Of a DNA stretch of 64,000 nt, positions 28,376-47,547 are shown in pieces. Position numbers and translations under genes: made by a program. Below the pieces are notes generated by a model, which was not told the origin of the DNA, did not search any database, and worked only from the letters and a program-made list of their open reading frames with translations. The stretch's first letter is position 1. Each line of letters begins with the position of its first letter. Source of the stretch: Escherichia phage vB_Eco_F26; the sequence record OP870145.1; one strand, given 5' to 3'.

Positions 28376-29955
28376 GTAATAATACATATCAACACGTTTC
28401 TAATGAATCTCGTTATGTAAAATTTGATCCTACCGATACGAATTTTCCACCAGAGATTACTGATGTTCAGGCTGCTATAGCAGCCATTTCTCCTGCTGGC
28501 GTAAATGGAGTTCCTGATGCATCGTCAACAACAAAGGGAATTTTATTTCTTGCCACTGAACAGGAAGTTATAGATGGAACTAATAATACCAAAGCAGTTA
28601 CACCAGCAACGTTGGCAACAAGATTATCTTATCCAAATGCGACTGAAACTGTTTACGGATTAACAAGATATTCAACCAATGATGAAGCCATTGCCGGAGT
28701 TAATAACGAATCTTCTATAACTCCAGCTAAATTTACTGTTGCTCTTAATAATGCGTTTGAAACTCGTGTTTCAACTGAATCCTCGAATGGTGTTATTAAA
28801 ATTTCATCTCTACCGCAAGCATTAGCTGGTGCAGATGATACTACTGCAATGACTCCGTTAAAAACTCAACAGTTAGCTATTAAACTAATTGCGCAAATTG
28901 CTCCTTCTGAAACTGCAGCTACCGAATCGGCCCAAGGCGTTGTTCAATTAGCAACAGTAGCACAGGTTCGTCAAGGAACTTTAAGAGAAGGTTATGCAAT
29001 TTCTCCTTATACGTTTATGAATTCTACTGCTACTGAAGAGTATAAAGGTGTAATTAAATTAGGAACACAGTCAGAAGTTAACTCAAATAATGCTTCTGTT
29101 GCTGTTACTGGTGCAACTCTTAATGGTCGTGGTTCTACAACGTCAATGAGAGGCGTAGTTAAATTAACTACAACCGCCGGCTCACAGAGTGGAGGTGATG
29201 CTTCATCAGCATTAGCTTGGAATGCTGATGTTATCCACCAAAGAGGTGGTCAAACTATTAATGGAACACTCCGCATTAATAACACGCTTACAATAGCTTC
29301 AGGTGGAGCAAATATTACCGGAACAGTTAACATGACCGGTGGTTATATTCAAGGTAAGCGTGTCGTAACACAAAATGAAATTGATAGAACTATTCCTGTC
29401 GGAGCTATTATGATGTGGGCCGCTGATAGTCTTCCTAGTGATGCTTGGCGTTTTTGTCACGGTGGAACTGTTTCAGCGTCAGATTGTCCATTATATGCTT
29501 CTAGAATTGGAACAAGATACGGCGGAAGCTCATCAAATCCTGGATTGCCTGACATGCGTGGTCTTTTTGTTCGTGGCTCTGGTCGTGGCTCTCACTTAAC
29601 AAATCCAAATGTTAATGGTAATGACCAATTCGGCAAGCCTAGATTAGGCGTAGGTTGTACTGGTGGGTATGTTGGCGAAGTACAAAAACAGCAGATGTCT
29701 TATCATAAACACGCTGGCGGATTTGGTGAGCATGATGATTCTGGAGCATTCGGTAATACCCGTAGATCAAATTTTGTTGGTACACGTAAAGGACTTGACT
29801 GGGATAACCGTTCATACTTCACCAATGATGGATATGAAATTGACCCAGCATCACAGCGAAATTCCAAATATACATTAAATCGTCCCGAATTAATTGGAAA
29901 TGAAACACGTCCATGGAACATTTCTTTAAACTACATAATTAAGGTAAAAGAATGA
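28372..29955 (+). CDS. 12: short tail fiber protein gp12
   Basis: 527 aa; synteny; repetitive fibre-like sequence. Confidence 0.9.
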   Translation: MSNNTYQHVSNESRYVKFDPTDTNFPPEITDVQAAIAAISPAGVNGVPDASSTTKGILFLATEQEVIDGTNNTKAVTPATLATRLSYPNATETVYGLTRYSTNDEAIAGVNNESSITPAKFTVALNNAFETRVSTESSNGVIKISSLPQALAGADDTTAMTPLKTQQLAIKLIAQIAPSETAATESAQGVVQLATVAQVRQGTLREGYAISPYTFMNSTATEEYKGVIKLGTQSEVNSNNASVAVTGATLNGRGSTTSMRGVVKLTTTAGSQSGGDASSALAWNADVIHQRGGQTINGTLRINNTLTIASGGANITGTVNMTGGYIQGKRVVTQNEIDRTIPVGAIMMWAADSLPSDAWRFCHGGTVSASDCPLYASRIGTRYGGSSSNPGLPDMRGLFVRGSGRGSHLTNPNVNGNDQFGKPRLGVGCTGGYVGEVQKQQMSYHKHAGGFGEHDDSGAFGNTRRSNFVGTRKGLDWDNRSYFTNDGYEIDPASQRNSKYTLNRPELIGNETRPWNISLNYIIKVKE

Positions 29956-31415
29956 CAGATATTGTACTGAATGACTTACCATTCGTTGACGGCCCTCCTG
30001 CAAAGGGCCAGAGCCGCATTTCCTGGATTAAAAACGGCGAAGAAATATTAGGAGCTGACACACAGTATGGAAGTGAAGGCTCAATGAATAGACCTACGGT
30101 TTCTGTACTAAGAAATGTTGAAGTTCTTGATAAAAACATTGGAATACTTAAAACATCTTTAGAAACCGCAAATAGTGATATTAAAACCATCCAGGGCATC
30201 TTAGATGTATCTGGTGATATAGAAGCTTTAGCACAAATAAGTATCAATAAAAAGGATATTTCTGATCTCAAAACGCTAACCAGTGAACATACAGAAATAT
30301 TAAATGGAACTAATAGTACTGTTGACAGCATTCTTGCTGATATTGGTCCATTTAACTCCGAGGCCAACTCTGTATACAGAACGATCAGAAATGATTTACT
30401 GTGGATAAAGCGTGAACTTGGACAATACACTGGTCAAGATATTAATGGTCTTCCTGTTGTAGGAAATCCTAGTAGTGGAATGAAGCATCGCATTATTAAT
30501 AATACTGATGTCATTACTTCACAGGGAATACGTTTAAGTGAATTAGAAACAAAATTTATTGAATCTGATGTAGGTTCTTTGACCATTGAAGTTGGTAATC
30601 TTCGCGAAGAGCTTGGACCGAAACCACCGTCTTTTTCACAAAACATTTACAGCCGCTTAAATGAAATTGACACTAAACAGACAACAGTTGAGTCTGACAT
30701 TAGTGCTATTAAGACCTCAATAGGATATCCAGGAAATAATTCGATTATTACGAGTGTTAATACAAACACTGATAATATTGCATCTATTAATTTAGAGCTA
30801 AATCAAAGTGGAGGTATTAAACAGCGTTTAACAGTTATTGAAACTTCCATTGGTTCAGATGATATTCCTTCGAGTATTAAAGGTCAAATCAAAGATAATA
30901 CAACTTCAATCGAATCTCTAAATGGAATCGTCGGTGAAAACACTTCATCTGGTTTAAGAGCGAATGTTTCATGGTTAAACCAAATTGTTGGAACTGATTC
31001 TAGCGGTGGACAACCTTCTCCTCCTGGGTCTCTTTTAAACCGAGTTTCTACAATTGAAACTTCTGTTTCAGGCTTGAATAATGATGTTCAAAACCTACAA
31101 GTAGAGATTGGTAATAACAGCACAGGAATTAAAGGGCAAGTTGTAGCGTTAAATACTTTAGTAAATGGAACTAATCCAAACGGTTCAACTGTCGAAGAGC
31201 GCGGATTAACCAATTCAATAAAAGCTAACGAAACCAACATTGCATCAGTTACACAAGAAGTGAATACAGCTAAAGGCAATATATCTTCTTTACAAGGCGA
31301 TGTTCAAGCTCTCCAAGAAGCTGGTTATATTCCTGAAGCGCCAAGAGATGGGCAAGCTTACGTTCGTAAAGACGGCGAATGGGTATTGCTTTCTACCTTT
31401 TTATCACCAGCATAA
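29952..31415 (+). CDS. wac: fibritin (whisker antigen control), wac
   Basis: 487 aa; heptad-rich coiled coil; C-terminal foldon [27 protein letters not shown]. Confidence 0.95.
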   Translation: MTDIVLNDLPFVDGPPAKGQSRISWIKNGEEILGADTQYGSEGSMNRPTVSVLRNVEVLDKNIGILKTSLETANSDIKTIQGILDVSGDIEALAQISINKKDISDLKTLTSEHTEILNGTNSTVDSILADIGPFNSEANSVYRTIRNDLLWIKRELGQYTGQDINGLPVVGNPSSGMKHRIINNTDVITSQGIRLSELETKFIESDVGSLTIEVGNLREELGPKPPSFSQNIYSRLNEIDTKQTTVESDISAIKTSIGYPGNNSIITSVNTNTDNIASINLELNQSGGIKQRLTVIETSIGSDDIPSSIKGQIKDNTTSIESLNGIVGENTSSGLRANVSWLNQIVGTDSSGGQPSPPGSLLNRVSTIETSVSGLNNDVQNLQVEIGNNSTGIKGQVVALNTLVNGTNPNGSTVEERGLTNSIKANETNIASVTQEVNTAKGNISSLQGDVQALQEAGYIPEAPRDGQAYVRKDGEWVLLSTFLSPA

Positions 31416-31444
31416 CATGGGCCGCAAGGCCCAAAGGATTTTAA

Positions 31445-33955
<2,511 letters not shown>

Positions 33956-33996
33956 TAAATATTATAAACTAATTAAAGCCCAGATTAGGAGAAATC

Positions 33997-37137
<3,141 letters not shown>

Positions 37138-37165
37138 TATTAAAGCATATTAAAGAGGATTAAAA

Positions 37166-39145
37166 ATGACTTTATTATCTCCGGGCATTGAGCTCAAAGA
37201 AACTACGGTTCAAAGCGCCGTGGTTAATAACTCTACTGGTACAGCAGCTTTGGCCGGTAAATTCCAGTGGGGTCCTGCTTTTCAGATTAAACAGGTTACA
37301 AATGAAGTAGATTTAGTTAATACTTTTGGTCAACCAACCGCTGAAACTGCTGACTATTTTATGTCTGCGATGAATTTCTTGCAGTACGGAAATGACTTAC
37401 GAGTAGTTCGTGCTGTTGATAGAGATACCGCTAAAAACTCATCACCAATTGCTGGTAATATTGAATACACAATTTCTACCCCAGGTAGTAACTACGCGGT
37501 TGGAGATAAAATCACGGTCAAATATGTTTCAGACGATATTGAAACTGAAGGTAAAATTACTGAAGTAGACGCAGATGGAAAAATTAAGAAAATTAATATT
37601 CCTACTGCAAAAATTATCGCTAAAGCAAAAGAAGTCGGTGAATATCCAACATTAGGTTCTAACTGGACTGCGGAAATTTCTTCATCTTCCTCTGGTTTAG
37701 CTGCAGTAATAACTCTTGGAAAAATTATTACTGATTCTGGTATTTTATTAGCTGAAATTGAAAATGCTGAAGCTGCTATGACAGCGGTTGACTTTCAAGC
37801 AAATCTTAAAAAATACGGAATTCCAGGAGTAGTAGCGCTTTATCCAGGCGAATTAGGCGATAAAATTGAAATTGAAATCGTATCTAAAGCTGACTATGCA
37901 AAAGGAGCTTCTGCATTACTCCCAATTTATCCAGGTGGTGGTACTCGTGCATCTACTGCCAAAGCAGTGTTTGGATATGGACCACAAACTGATTCACAAT
38001 ACGCTATTATAGTTCGTCGCAATGATGCTATTGTTCAAAGCATTGTTCTTTCAACTAAGCGCGGTGAAAAAGATATTTACGATAGTAACATCTATATCGA
38101 TGACTTTTTCGCAAAAGGTGGTTCAGAATATATTTTTGCAACTGCACAAAACTGGCCAGAAGGCTTCTCTGGAATTTTAACTCTGTCTGGTGGATTATCA
38201 TCAAATGCTGAAGTATCAGCAGGAGATTTGATGGAAGCTTGGGACTTCTTTGCTGACCGTGAATCCGTTGATGTTCAACTGTTTATTGCGGGTTCTTGTG
38301 CCGGTGAATCTTTAGAAACAGCATCTACTGTCCAAAAACACGTCGTTTCAATTGGGGATGCTCGCCAAGATTGCTTAGTATTGTGCTCTCCTCCGCGTGA
38401 AACTGTAGTTGGAATTCCTGTAACTCGTGCTGTTGATAACTTAGTCAATTGGAGAACCGCAACAGGTTCATACACTGATAATAACTTTAATATCAGTTCA
38501 ACCTACGCAGCAATTGATGGTAACTACAAGTATCAGTATGACAAATATAATGATGTGAATCGTTGGGTTCCATTAGCAGCTGATATTGCTGGTTTATGCG
38601 CAAGAACTGATAACGTATCTCAGACTTGGATGTCTCCAGCTGGTTATAATCGTGGTCAGATTCTTAACGTTATTAAACTGGCTATTGAAACTCGCCAGGC
38701 TCAGCGCGACCGTTTATACCAAGAAGCTATCAACCCAGTAACTGGTACAGGTGGCGATGGTTACGTATTGTATGGTGATAAAACAGCTACTTCTGTTCCT
38801 TCTCCATTTGATCGTATTAACGTTCGTCGTCTGTTTAATATGTTGAAAACGAATATCGGACGTAGTTCAAAATATCGTTTGTTCGAATTAAACAACGCGT
38901 TTACTCGTTCATCATTCCGCACAGAAACTGCCCAATACTTGCAGGGAATTAAAGCTCTCGGTGGAATTTATGAATATCGTGTAGTTTGCGATACAACAAA
39001 TAATACTCCGTCAGTAATTGATAGAAATGAGTTTGTTGCAACATTCTACATCCAACCGGCTAGAAGCATTAACTACATTACCTTAAACTTCGTAGCAACT
39101 GCTACTGGTGCAGATTTCGATGAGTTAACTGGTCTTGCTGGTTAA
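37166..39145 (+). CDS. 18: tail sheath protein gp18
   Basis: 659 aa; synteny. Confidence 0.93.
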   Translation: MTLLSPGIELKETTVQSAVVNNSTGTAALAGKFQWGPAFQIKQVTNEVDLVNTFGQPTAETADYFMSAMNFLQYGNDLRVVRAVDRDTAKNSSPIAGNIEYTISTPGSNYAVGDKITVKYVSDDIETEGKITEVDADGKIKKINIPTAKIIAKAKEVGEYPTLGSNWTAEISSSSSGLAAVITLGKIITDSGILLAEIENAEAAMTAVDFQANLKKYGIPGVVALYPGELGDKIEIEIVSKADYAKGASALLPIYPGGGTRASTAKAVFGYGPQTDSQYAIIVRRNDAIVQSIVLSTKRGEKDIYDSNIYIDDFFAKGGSEYIFATAQNWPEGFSGILTLSGGLSSNAEVSAGDLMEAWDFFADRESVDVQLFIAGSCAGESLETASTVQKHVVSIGDARQDCLVLCSPPRETVVGIPVTRAVDNLVNWRTATGSYTDNNFNISSTYAAIDGNYKYQYDKYNDVNRWVPLAADIAGLCARTDNVSQTWMSPAGYNRGQILNVIKLAIETRQAQRDRLYQEAINPVTGTGGDGYVLYGDKTATSVPSPFDRINVRRLFNMLKTNIGRSSKYRLFELNNAFTRSSFRTETAQYLQGIKALGGIYEYRVVCDTTNNTPSVIDRNEFVATFYIQPARSINYITLNFVATATGADFDELTGLAG

Positions 39146-39180
39146 TACGGTGCATTCTAAAGGCCTGTTTCGGCAGGCCA

Positions 39181-39247
39181 TATAAATACACTATATCCTT
39201 AATTTTTTAATTCTATATGCCCTAGGTTAAACATAGGGATATAAATA
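39181..39247 (+). promoter_or_regulatory. two late promoters (TATAAATA at 39181..39188 and 39240..39247) for gene 19
   Basis: Exact octamers; the second is 14 nt before ATG 39262. Confidence 0.55.
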
Positions 39248-39261
39248 CTACAGAGGCTAAT

Positions 39262-39753
39262 ATGTTTGTAGATGATGTAACACGAGCGTTTGAATCTGGT
39301 GATTTTGCTCGACCTAACTTATTCCAAGTAGAAATTTCTTATCTTGGACAAAATTTTACGTTTCAATGTAAAGCCACTGCTTTACCAGCTGGTATTGTAG
39401 AAAAAATTCCAGTCGGATTTATGAACCGTAAAATTAACGTAGCAGGCGATCGTACATTTGATGACTGGACTGTTACAGTAATGAACGATGAAGCTCATGA
39501 TGCTCGTCAGAAGTTCGTTGATTGGCAAAGCATTGCTGCGGGACAAGGAAACGAAATTACTGGTGGAAAACCTGCAGAGTATAAAAAGAGCGCTATCGTT
39601 CGTCAATATGCTCGTGACGCTAAAACAGTAACAAAAGAAATTGAAATTAAAGGTCTGTGGCCTACTAACGTGGGTGAACTTCAATTAGATTGGGATTCAA
39701 ACAATGAAATCCAAACCTTTGAAGTAACTCTTGCTCTCGATTATTGGGAATAA
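39262..39753 (+). CDS. 19: tail tube protein gp19
   Basis: 163 aa; synteny. Confidence 0.93.
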   Translation: MFVDDVTRAFESGDFARPNLFQVEISYLGQNFTFQCKATALPAGIVEKIPVGFMNRKINVAGDRTFDDWTVTVMNDEAHDARQKFVDWQSIAAGQGNEITGGKPAEYKKSAIVRQYARDAKTVTKEIEIKGLWPTNVGELQLDWDSNNEIQTFEVTLALDYWE

Positions 39754-39785
39754 AATGAATGGGGAGAAATCCCCATCCTGCTTAA

Positions 39786-41410
<1,625 letters not shown>

Positions 41411-41411
<1 letters not shown>

Positions 41412-41650
41412 TGGAAGGTTTAATTGAAGCTATTAAATCAAACGACCTCGTAGCCGCTCGTAAATTATTTGCTGAAGCCATGGCTGCAAGAACGATTGAT
41501 TTAATTAAAGAAGAAAAAATCGCTATCGCTCGTAATTTCTTAATCGAAGGTGAAGAACCTGAAGACGAGGATGAAGATGATGACGAAGATAGTGATGATA
41601 AAGACGACAAAAAAGACAAAGACTCTGACGAAGACGAGGATGATGAATAA
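41411..41650 (+). CDS. 67: prohead core protein gp67
   Basis: 79 aa with acidic C-terminal tail ([16 protein letters not shown]...). Confidence 0.85.
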
Positions 41651-42075
41651 TGCTTCTGATCCCTGAAACTCATGAATTAGTTCTCGAGAATGTCGAAGCA
41701 CTTATTCCTGAAGCACAGGGTCGCTTTGACGAATTGTCTTCCGCTTTAAATAAAGACGATATAAATACAATTGTCGAGAATATGCTTGATGATGAAACTG
41801 ATTTAGCGGTTGCATTAGCTTCTATTAATGAAAATATGCCGTTAAATGAATTTATCGTTAAACATGTTTCTGCCCGTGGTGAAATTACTCGCACTAAAGA
41901 TCGCAAAACCCGCGAACGTAATGCATTTCAAACTACCGGGTTGTCTAAAGCAAAACGTAGACAAATTGCTCGTAAAGCTACCAAAACGAAGATTGCCAAT
42001 CCAGCAGGTCAATCTCGTGCTCAGCGTAAGCGTAAAAAAGCTCTTAAACGCCGTAAAGCATTAGGATTAAGCTAA
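41650..42075 (+). CDS. 68: prohead core protein gp68
   Basis: 141 aa; synteny. Confidence 0.85.
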
Positions 42076-42713
42076 TGAATGAACCCCAATTACTAATTGA
42101 AACTTGGGGTCAACCTGGCGAAATTATTGATGGCGTACCAATGCTTGAATCTCATGATGGAAAAGACTTAGGTTTAAAACCGGGTTTATACATCGAAGGA
42201 ATATTCATGCAAGCGGAAGTCGTCAATAGAAATAAACGTCTTTATCCAAAACGTATATTAGAAAAAGCGGTAAAAGACTATATTAATGAGCAAGTTTTAA
42301 CTAAACAAGCTCTCGGAGAATTAAATCATCCTCCACGCGCTAATGTTGACCCGATGCAAGCCGCTATCATTATAGAAGATATGTGGTGGAAAGGAAATGA
42401 CGTATACGGACGAGCTCGTGTTATTGAAGGTGACCACGGTCCTGGAGATAAATTAGCAGCTAATATTCGTGCCGGATGGATTCCAGGAGTTTCTTCTCGT
42501 GGATTAGGTTCATTGACTGACACAAATAAAGGTTATCGTATCGTAAACGAAGGATTCAAATTAACTGTAGGTGTTGATGCAGTATGGGGTCCAAGTGCTC
42601 CAGATGCATGGGTAACTCCTAAGGAAATTACCGAATCACAGACGGCGGAAGCCGATACAAGTGCCGATGACGCCTATATGGCTCTCGCAGAGGCCATGAA
42701 AAAAGCGTTATAA
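42075..42713 (+). CDS. 21: prohead core scaffold protein and protease gp21
   Basis: 212 aa; synteny. Confidence 0.9.
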   Translation: MNEPQLLIETWGQPGEIIDGVPMLESHDGKDLGLKPGLYIEGIFMQAEVVNRNKRLYPKRILEKAVKDYINEQVLTKQALGELNHPPRANVDPMQAAIIIEDMWWKGNDVYGRARVIEGDHGPGDKLAANIRAGWIPGVSSRGLGSLTDTNKGYRIVNEGFKLTVGVDAVWGPSAPDAWVTPKEITESQTAEADTSADDAYMALAEAMKKAL

Positions 42714-42743
42714 ATATTATTATCTAAACAACAGGACTACAAA

Positions 42744-43553
42744 ATGCTTAAAGAACAACTGATTGCCGAAGCGCAGAAAATTGATGCTTCCGTTGCTCTT
42801 GATAGTATTTTCGAATCAGTTAATATTTCTCCGGAAGCAAAAGAAACTTTCGGCACTGTATTCGAAGCTACCGTCAAGCAGCACGCCGTTAAATTAGCTG
42901 AATCTCATATCGCTAAAATTGCTGAAAAAGCAGAAGAAGAAGTAGAAAAAAATAAAGAAGAAGCAGAAGAAAAAGCTGAGAAGAAAATCGCTGAGCAAGC
43001 TTCTAAATTCATTGACCATCTTGCAAAAGAATGGCTCGCTGAAAATAAATTAGCAGTTGATAAAGGCATCAAAGCCGAACTGTTTGAATCCATGCTTGGT
43101 GGATTAAAAGAGCTCTTTGTTGAACACAACGTTGTTGTTCCAGAAGAATCAGTTGATATTGTAGCTGAAATGGAAGAAGAGCTGCAAGAACATAAAGAAG
43201 AATCAGCTCGTCTGTTCGAAGAACTCAATAAGCGTGACGCATATATCAATTATGTGCAGCGTGAAGTGGCATTGAGCGAAAGTACTAAAGATCTGACTGA
43301 GTCTCAAAAAGAAAAAGTCTCTGCTCTGGTCGAAGGTATGGGTTATTCAGATGCATTCTCAAGTAAATTGAGTGCAATCGTAGAAATGGTGAAGAAATCT
43401 AATAAAGATGAAAGCACTATTACTGAGAGTATAAATACTCCTGATACTGAAGCAGCCGGACTGAATTTCGTCACTGAAGCTGTAGAAGATAAAGCTGCAC
43501 AGGGTGCAGAAGATATTGTAAGTGTATATGCGAAAGTCGCATCTCGTTTCTAA
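42744..43553 (+). CDS. 22: prohead core scaffold protein gp22
   Basis: 269 aa; highly charged helical; synteny. Confidence 0.9.
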   Translation: MLKEQLIAEAQKIDASVALDSIFESVNISPEAKETFGTVFEATVKQHAVKLAESHIAKIAEKAEEEVEKNKEEAEEKAEKKIAEQASKFIDHLAKEWLAENKLAVDKGIKAELFESMLGGLKELFVEHNVVVPEESVDIVAEMEEELQEHKEESARLFEELNKRDAYINYVQREVALSESTKDLTESQKEKVSALVEGMGYSDAFSSKLSAIVEMVKKSNKDESTITESINTPDTEAAGLNFVTEAVEDKAAQGAEDIVSVYAKVASRF

Positions 43554-43571
43554 TTTTAAAGGTTAACACAA

Positions 43572-45137
43572 ATGACTATCAAAACTAAAGCTGAACTTTT
43601 GAACAAATGGAAGCCATTACTGGAAGGTGAAGGTTTACCGGAAATTGCTAATAGCAAACAAGCGATTATCGCTAAAATCTTTGAAAACCAGGAAAAAGAT
43701 TTCCAGACAGCTCCAGAGTACAAAGACGAAAAAATCGCTCAGGCGTTCGGTTCTTTCTTAACAGAAGCTGAAATTGGTGGTGACCACGGTTACAATGCTA
43801 CCAACATCGCTGCAGGTCAGACTTCTGGCGCAGTAACCCAGATTGGCCCGGCTGTTATGGGTATGGTACGTCGTGCTATTCCTAACCTGATTGCTTTCGA
43901 TATTTGCGGTGTTCAGCCGATGAACAGCCCGACTGGTCAGGTATTCGCACTGCGCGCAGTATATGGTAAAGACCCAATCGCTTCCGGCGCTAAAGAAGCA
44001 TTCCACCCAATGTATGGTCCAGATGCAATGTTCTCTGGTCAGGGTGCTGCTAAGAAATTCGCTGCTTTGAAAGCAAATGATACTCTTGAAGTCGGAACTA
44101 TTTACACCCACTTCTTCCAGGACACTGGTACTGTGTATCTGCAAGCTACAGAAGTTAAGCAAATTGACACTAGTGCAACTGACGCAGCTAAATTAGATGC
44201 TGAAATTAAGAAACAAATGGAAGCTGGTGTACTGGTAGAAATCGCTGAAGGTATGGCTACTTCTATCGCTGAACTCCAGGAAGGTTTCAATGGTTCTACC
44301 GATAACTCATGGAATGAAATGGGCTTCCGTATCGATAAACAAGTTATCGAAGCTAAATCTCGTCAGCTGAAAGCTGCTTACTCTATTGAATTAGCACAAG
44401 ACCTTCGCGCTGTTCACGGTATGGATGCTGATGCTGAACTGTCCGGTATTCTGGCTACCGAAATTATGCTGGAAATCAACCGCGAAGTTGTTGATTGGAT
44501 TAACTACTCAGCTCAGGTTGGTAAATCTGGTATGACCCTGACTCCGGGTTCTAAAGCTGGTGTATTTGACTTCCAGGATCCGATTGATATTCGTGGTGCT
44601 CGCTGGGCGGGTGAATCCTTTAAAGCTCTGTTGTTCCAGATTGACAAAGAAGCAGTTGAAATTGCTCGTCAGACCGGTCGTGGTGAAGGTAACTTCATTA
44701 TCGCTTCCCGTAACGTAGTTAACGTTCTGGCTTCAGTTGATACCGGCATTTCTTATGCTGCACAAGGTCTGGCTACCGGCTTTAACACTGATACTACCAA
44801 GTCAGTATTTGCTGGTGTTCTGGGTGGTAAATACCGTGTATATATCGACCAGTATGCTAAACAGGATTATTTCACTGTAGGTTATAAAGGTCCGAACGAA
44901 ATGGATGCTGGTATTTACTATGCTCCATATGTAGCTCTGACTCCGCTGCGTGGTTCCGATCCGAAGAACTTCCAACCAGTAATGGGATTCAAAACTCGTT
45001 ACGGTATCGGTATCAACCCATTTGCAGAATCCGCTGCTCAGGCTCCGGCTTCTCGCATTCAGAGCGGTATGCCTTCTATTCTGAATAGCCTTGGTAAAAA
45101 CGCTTACTTTAGACGTGTATATGTTAAAGGTATCTAA
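43572..45137 (+). CDS. 23: major capsid protein gp23
   Basis: 521 aa; MTIKTKAELLNKWKPLLEGEG... recalled as T4 gp23. Confidence 0.97.
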   Translation: MTIKTKAELLNKWKPLLEGEGLPEIANSKQAIIAKIFENQEKDFQTAPEYKDEKIAQAFGSFLTEAEIGGDHGYNATNIAAGQTSGAVTQIGPAVMGMVRRAIPNLIAFDICGVQPMNSPTGQVFALRAVYGKDPIASGAKEAFHPMYGPDAMFSGQGAAKKFAALKANDTLEVGTIYTHFFQDTGTVYLQATEVKQIDTSATDAAKLDAEIKKQMEAGVLVEIAEGMATSIAELQEGFNGSTDNSWNEMGFRIDKQVIEAKSRQLKAAYSIELAQDLRAVHGMDADAELSGILATEIMLEINREVVDWINYSAQVGKSGMTLTPGSKAGVFDFQDPIDIRGARWAGESFKALLFQIDKEAVEIARQTGRGEGNFIIASRNVVNVLASVDTGISYAAQGLATGFNTDTTKSVFAGVLGGKYRVYIDQYAKQDYFTVGYKGPNEMDAGIYYAPYVALTPLRGSDPKNFQPVMGFKTRYGIGINPFAESAAQAPASRIQSGMPSILNSLGKNAYFRRVYVKGI

Positions 45138-45150
45138 TCTTTGACGATTT

Positions 45151-45181
45151 AAGGGACCTTCGGGTCCCTTTAGTTGTTTTT
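45151..45181 (+). terminator. intrinsic terminator after gene 23 (AAGGGACC-TTCG-GGTCCCTT + T-rich)
   Basis: Perfect 8-bp stem, TTCG tetraloop, followed by TAGTTGTTTTT. Confidence 0.6.
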
Positions 45182-45185
45182 ATGG

Positions 45186-45193
45186 TATAAATA
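45186..45193 (+). promoter_or_regulatory. late promoter TATAAATA for gene 24
   Basis: Octamer 27 nt upstream of ATG 45221. Confidence 0.6.
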
Positions 45194-45220
45194 AATCATA
45201 TAAACCAAAAGGAAAGCGCA

Positions 45221-46504
45221 ATGGCTAAAATCAACGAACTTCTGCGCGAATCAACCACAACGAATAGCAACTCAATCGGTCGCCCAAATCTCGTTGCTTT
45301 GACTCGCGCTACCACTAAATTAATATATTCTGACATTGTAGCAACGCAGAGAACTAATCAACCTGTTGCTGCTTTTTATGGTATCAAATACCTTAACCCA
45401 GACAATGAATTTACATTTAAAACTGGTGCTACTTATGCTGGCGAAGCTGGATATGTAGACCGAGAACAAATCACAGAATTAACAGAAGAGTCTAAATTAA
45501 CTCTCAATAAAGGCGATTTATTCAAATATAATAATATCGTTTATAAAGTATTAGAAGATACACCATTTGCTGATATTGAAGAAAGTGATTTAGAATTAGC
45601 TCTTCAGATTGCAATTGTTCTTTTAAAGGTTCGTCTATTTTCTGATGCTGCAGTAACAAGCAAATTTGAAAGCTCTGATAGTGAAATTGCGGATGCTAGA
45701 TTCCAGATTAATAAATGGCAAACCGCAGTTAAATCTCGCAAACTTAAAACTGGTATCACAGTTGAATTAGCACAAGATTTAGAAGCAAATGGATTCGATG
45801 CTCCTAATTTCTTGGAAGATTTGCTTGCAACTGAAATGGCAGATGAAATCAATAAAGATATTCTGCAATCTTTGATCACAGTGTCAAAACGCTATAAAGT
45901 TACAGGAATTACTGATAGTGGATTCATCGATTTGAGTTATGCATCTGCACCTGAAGCTGGTCGTTCATTATACCGAATGGTATGTGAAATGGTTTCACAT
46001 ATCCAAAAAGAATCAACTTATACAGCAACGTTCTGTGTTGCTTCAGCTCGTGCTGCTGCGATTCTTGCTGCATCAGGTTGGTTAAAACATAAACCGGAAG
46101 ATGATAAATATCTTTCACAAAATGCCTACGGGTTCTTAGCTAATGGTTTACCGCTTTATTGCGATACTAACAGCCCATTAGATTATGTAATCGTTGGTGT
46201 AGTAGAAAATATCGGTGAAAAAGAAATTGTTGGATCAATTTTCTATGCTCCGTATACAGAAGGTCTCGACTTAGATGACCCTGAACATGTAGGTGCGTTT
46301 AAAGTTGTTGTTGATCCAGAAAGCTTACAGCCGTCTATCGGTTTATTAGTTAGATATGCTTTATCAGCAAATCCTTATACCGTAGCAAAAGATGAAAAAG
46401 AAGCAAGAGTAATTGATGGTGGAGACATGGATAAAATGGCGGGTCGTTCAGATTTGTCTGTTTTATTAGGTGTTAAGCTACCAAAAATTATCATTGATGA
46501 ATAA
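45221..46504 (+). CDS. 24: capsid vertex protein gp24
   Basis: 427 aa; gp23-like fold expected; synteny; no segD between 23 and 24 here. Confidence 0.93.
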   Translation: MAKINELLRESTTTNSNSIGRPNLVALTRATTKLIYSDIVATQRTNQPVAAFYGIKYLNPDNEFTFKTGATYAGEAGYVDREQITELTEESKLTLNKGDLFKYNNIVYKVLEDTPFADIEESDLELALQIAIVLLKVRLFSDAAVTSKFESSDSEIADARFQINKWQTAVKSRKLKTGITVELAQDLEANGFDAPNFLEDLLATEMADEINKDILQSLITVSKRYKVTGITDSGFIDLSYASAPEAGRSLYRMVCEMVSHIQKESTYTATFCVASARAAAILAASGWLKHKPEDDKYLSQNAYGFLANGLPLYCDTNSPLDYVIVGVVENIGEKEIVGSIFYAPYTEGLDLDDPEHVGAFKVVVDPESLQPSIGLLVRYALSANPYTVAKDEKEARVIDGGDMDKMAGRSDLSVLLGVKLPKIIIDE

Positions 46505-46507
46505 AAC

Positions 46508-46532
46508 AAAGGGACCTTTCGGTCCCTTTTTA
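46508..46532. terminator. bidirectional intrinsic terminator between gene 24 and rnlB
   Basis: AAAGGGACC-TTTC-GGTCCCTTT flanked by A-run and T-run. Confidence 0.6.
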
Positions 46533-46533
46533 T

Positions 46534-47538
46534 TTAACTTACCAATTCAATCCAAGCCGGACGAAGTACATCTTGTACCATTTTAACTAATTCCTTTTTA
46601 ATCAAAGAAGGATTATCCGCTTGAGTTAGAGTAATACCTTCACGAGAAGTTTCTTCCAAAATATCTTGAACAGTTAGCCCCATCACCTTTCCAAAATCCT
46701 TTGGACCAATTTCGCCAATTTTAGAAATAACGTTATTTACTCGGTTCAGTGTAACGTAACAAGCTAAAATCCCCACCAATTTGTTATCAGCTTCTGACAG
46801 TTCAACTTTAGCTTTAATAGGCTTATCAGACTTTTTCTTTTCACTAAATTTGGAATTCTTGCATTTAATCGCTACACGATTGCGATTAGGCAGCCAAGAA
46901 GGATAACAAGGTTTCAATACATATCCTTCAGCAGTAAATACTTCGCCTTTTGCTTCGGCATTCCAGACGCATTTATTTGCATCAACTAACCCAGCATGGT
47001 CTACTGTAAAATTATAATCTTGGACGACAGAATCTAAATCATTTGGCAATTTAATAAGATCTTCAAATTTACCACGACCCAAAAGTGGAGCGATTTTAAA
47101 CCCAAATGAATTACAAAACGATTCCATCATGTAATCATCAACATAAGTTACATCACCACTTTCTGTAGTGACAATAATGTCAAATACATAAAAATCTTTA
47201 TCGCCATAATCGACATTCTTCTGAATGCCAGGTCCAGCGAATTCGCCAAAGACTTGATAAGATACAACCGCTGAGGTTTCCATAATATCTTGTACTGCTT
47301 TAATAGAATCTTCGTAATTCTTTAGAATAATTTCATACCCAAAGAAATCTTCAGCAGGAAGAATTGGTCCAGTACGTTTAGCGCAAGTTACTTTATCACG
47401 CTCAATAATCAATGAGAAATTTGTGCCGTGAATCTTTTCACGAGCTACCCACTCCCCACCAGTCAATCCCAAGCTATAAAGTTTTTCAATAAATTTAGAG
47501 TTGTAATGATTTTCAAGACTGCTATACTTTTTAAACAT
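46534..47538 (-). CDS. rnlB: RNA ligase 2 (RnlB)
   Basis: 334 aa; nucleotidyltransferase lysine motif EKIHGTN; synteny. Confidence 0.9.
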   Translation of the reverse strand: MFKKYSSLENHYNSKFIEKLYSLGLTGGEWVAREKIHGTNFSLIIERDKVTCAKRTGPILPAEDFFGYEIILKNYEDSIKAVQDIMETSAVVSYQVFGEFAGPGIQKNVDYGDKDFYVFDIIVTTESGDVTYVDDYMMESFCNSFGFKIAPLLGRGKFEDLIKLPNDLDSVVQDYNFTVDHAGLVDANKCVWNAEAKGEVFTAEGYVLKPCYPSWLPNRNRVAIKCKNSKFSEKKKSDKPIKAKVELSEADNKLVGILACYVTLNRVNNVISKIGEIGPKDFGKVMGLTVQDILEETSREGITLTQADNPSLIKKELVKMVQDVLRPAWIELVS

Positions 47539-47547
47539 AATTAATCC

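Noticed and set aside
41516-41650. Asp/Glu-rich tail of gp67 as a possible nucleotide repeat or expansion
   Set aside because: Low-complexity acidic tail typical of prohead core proteins; not a tandem nucleotide repeat.
42905-43249. 114-aa minus-strand ORF inside gene 22
   Set aside because: Antisense to the scaffold gene, Ser-rich low-complexity translation, no start context.
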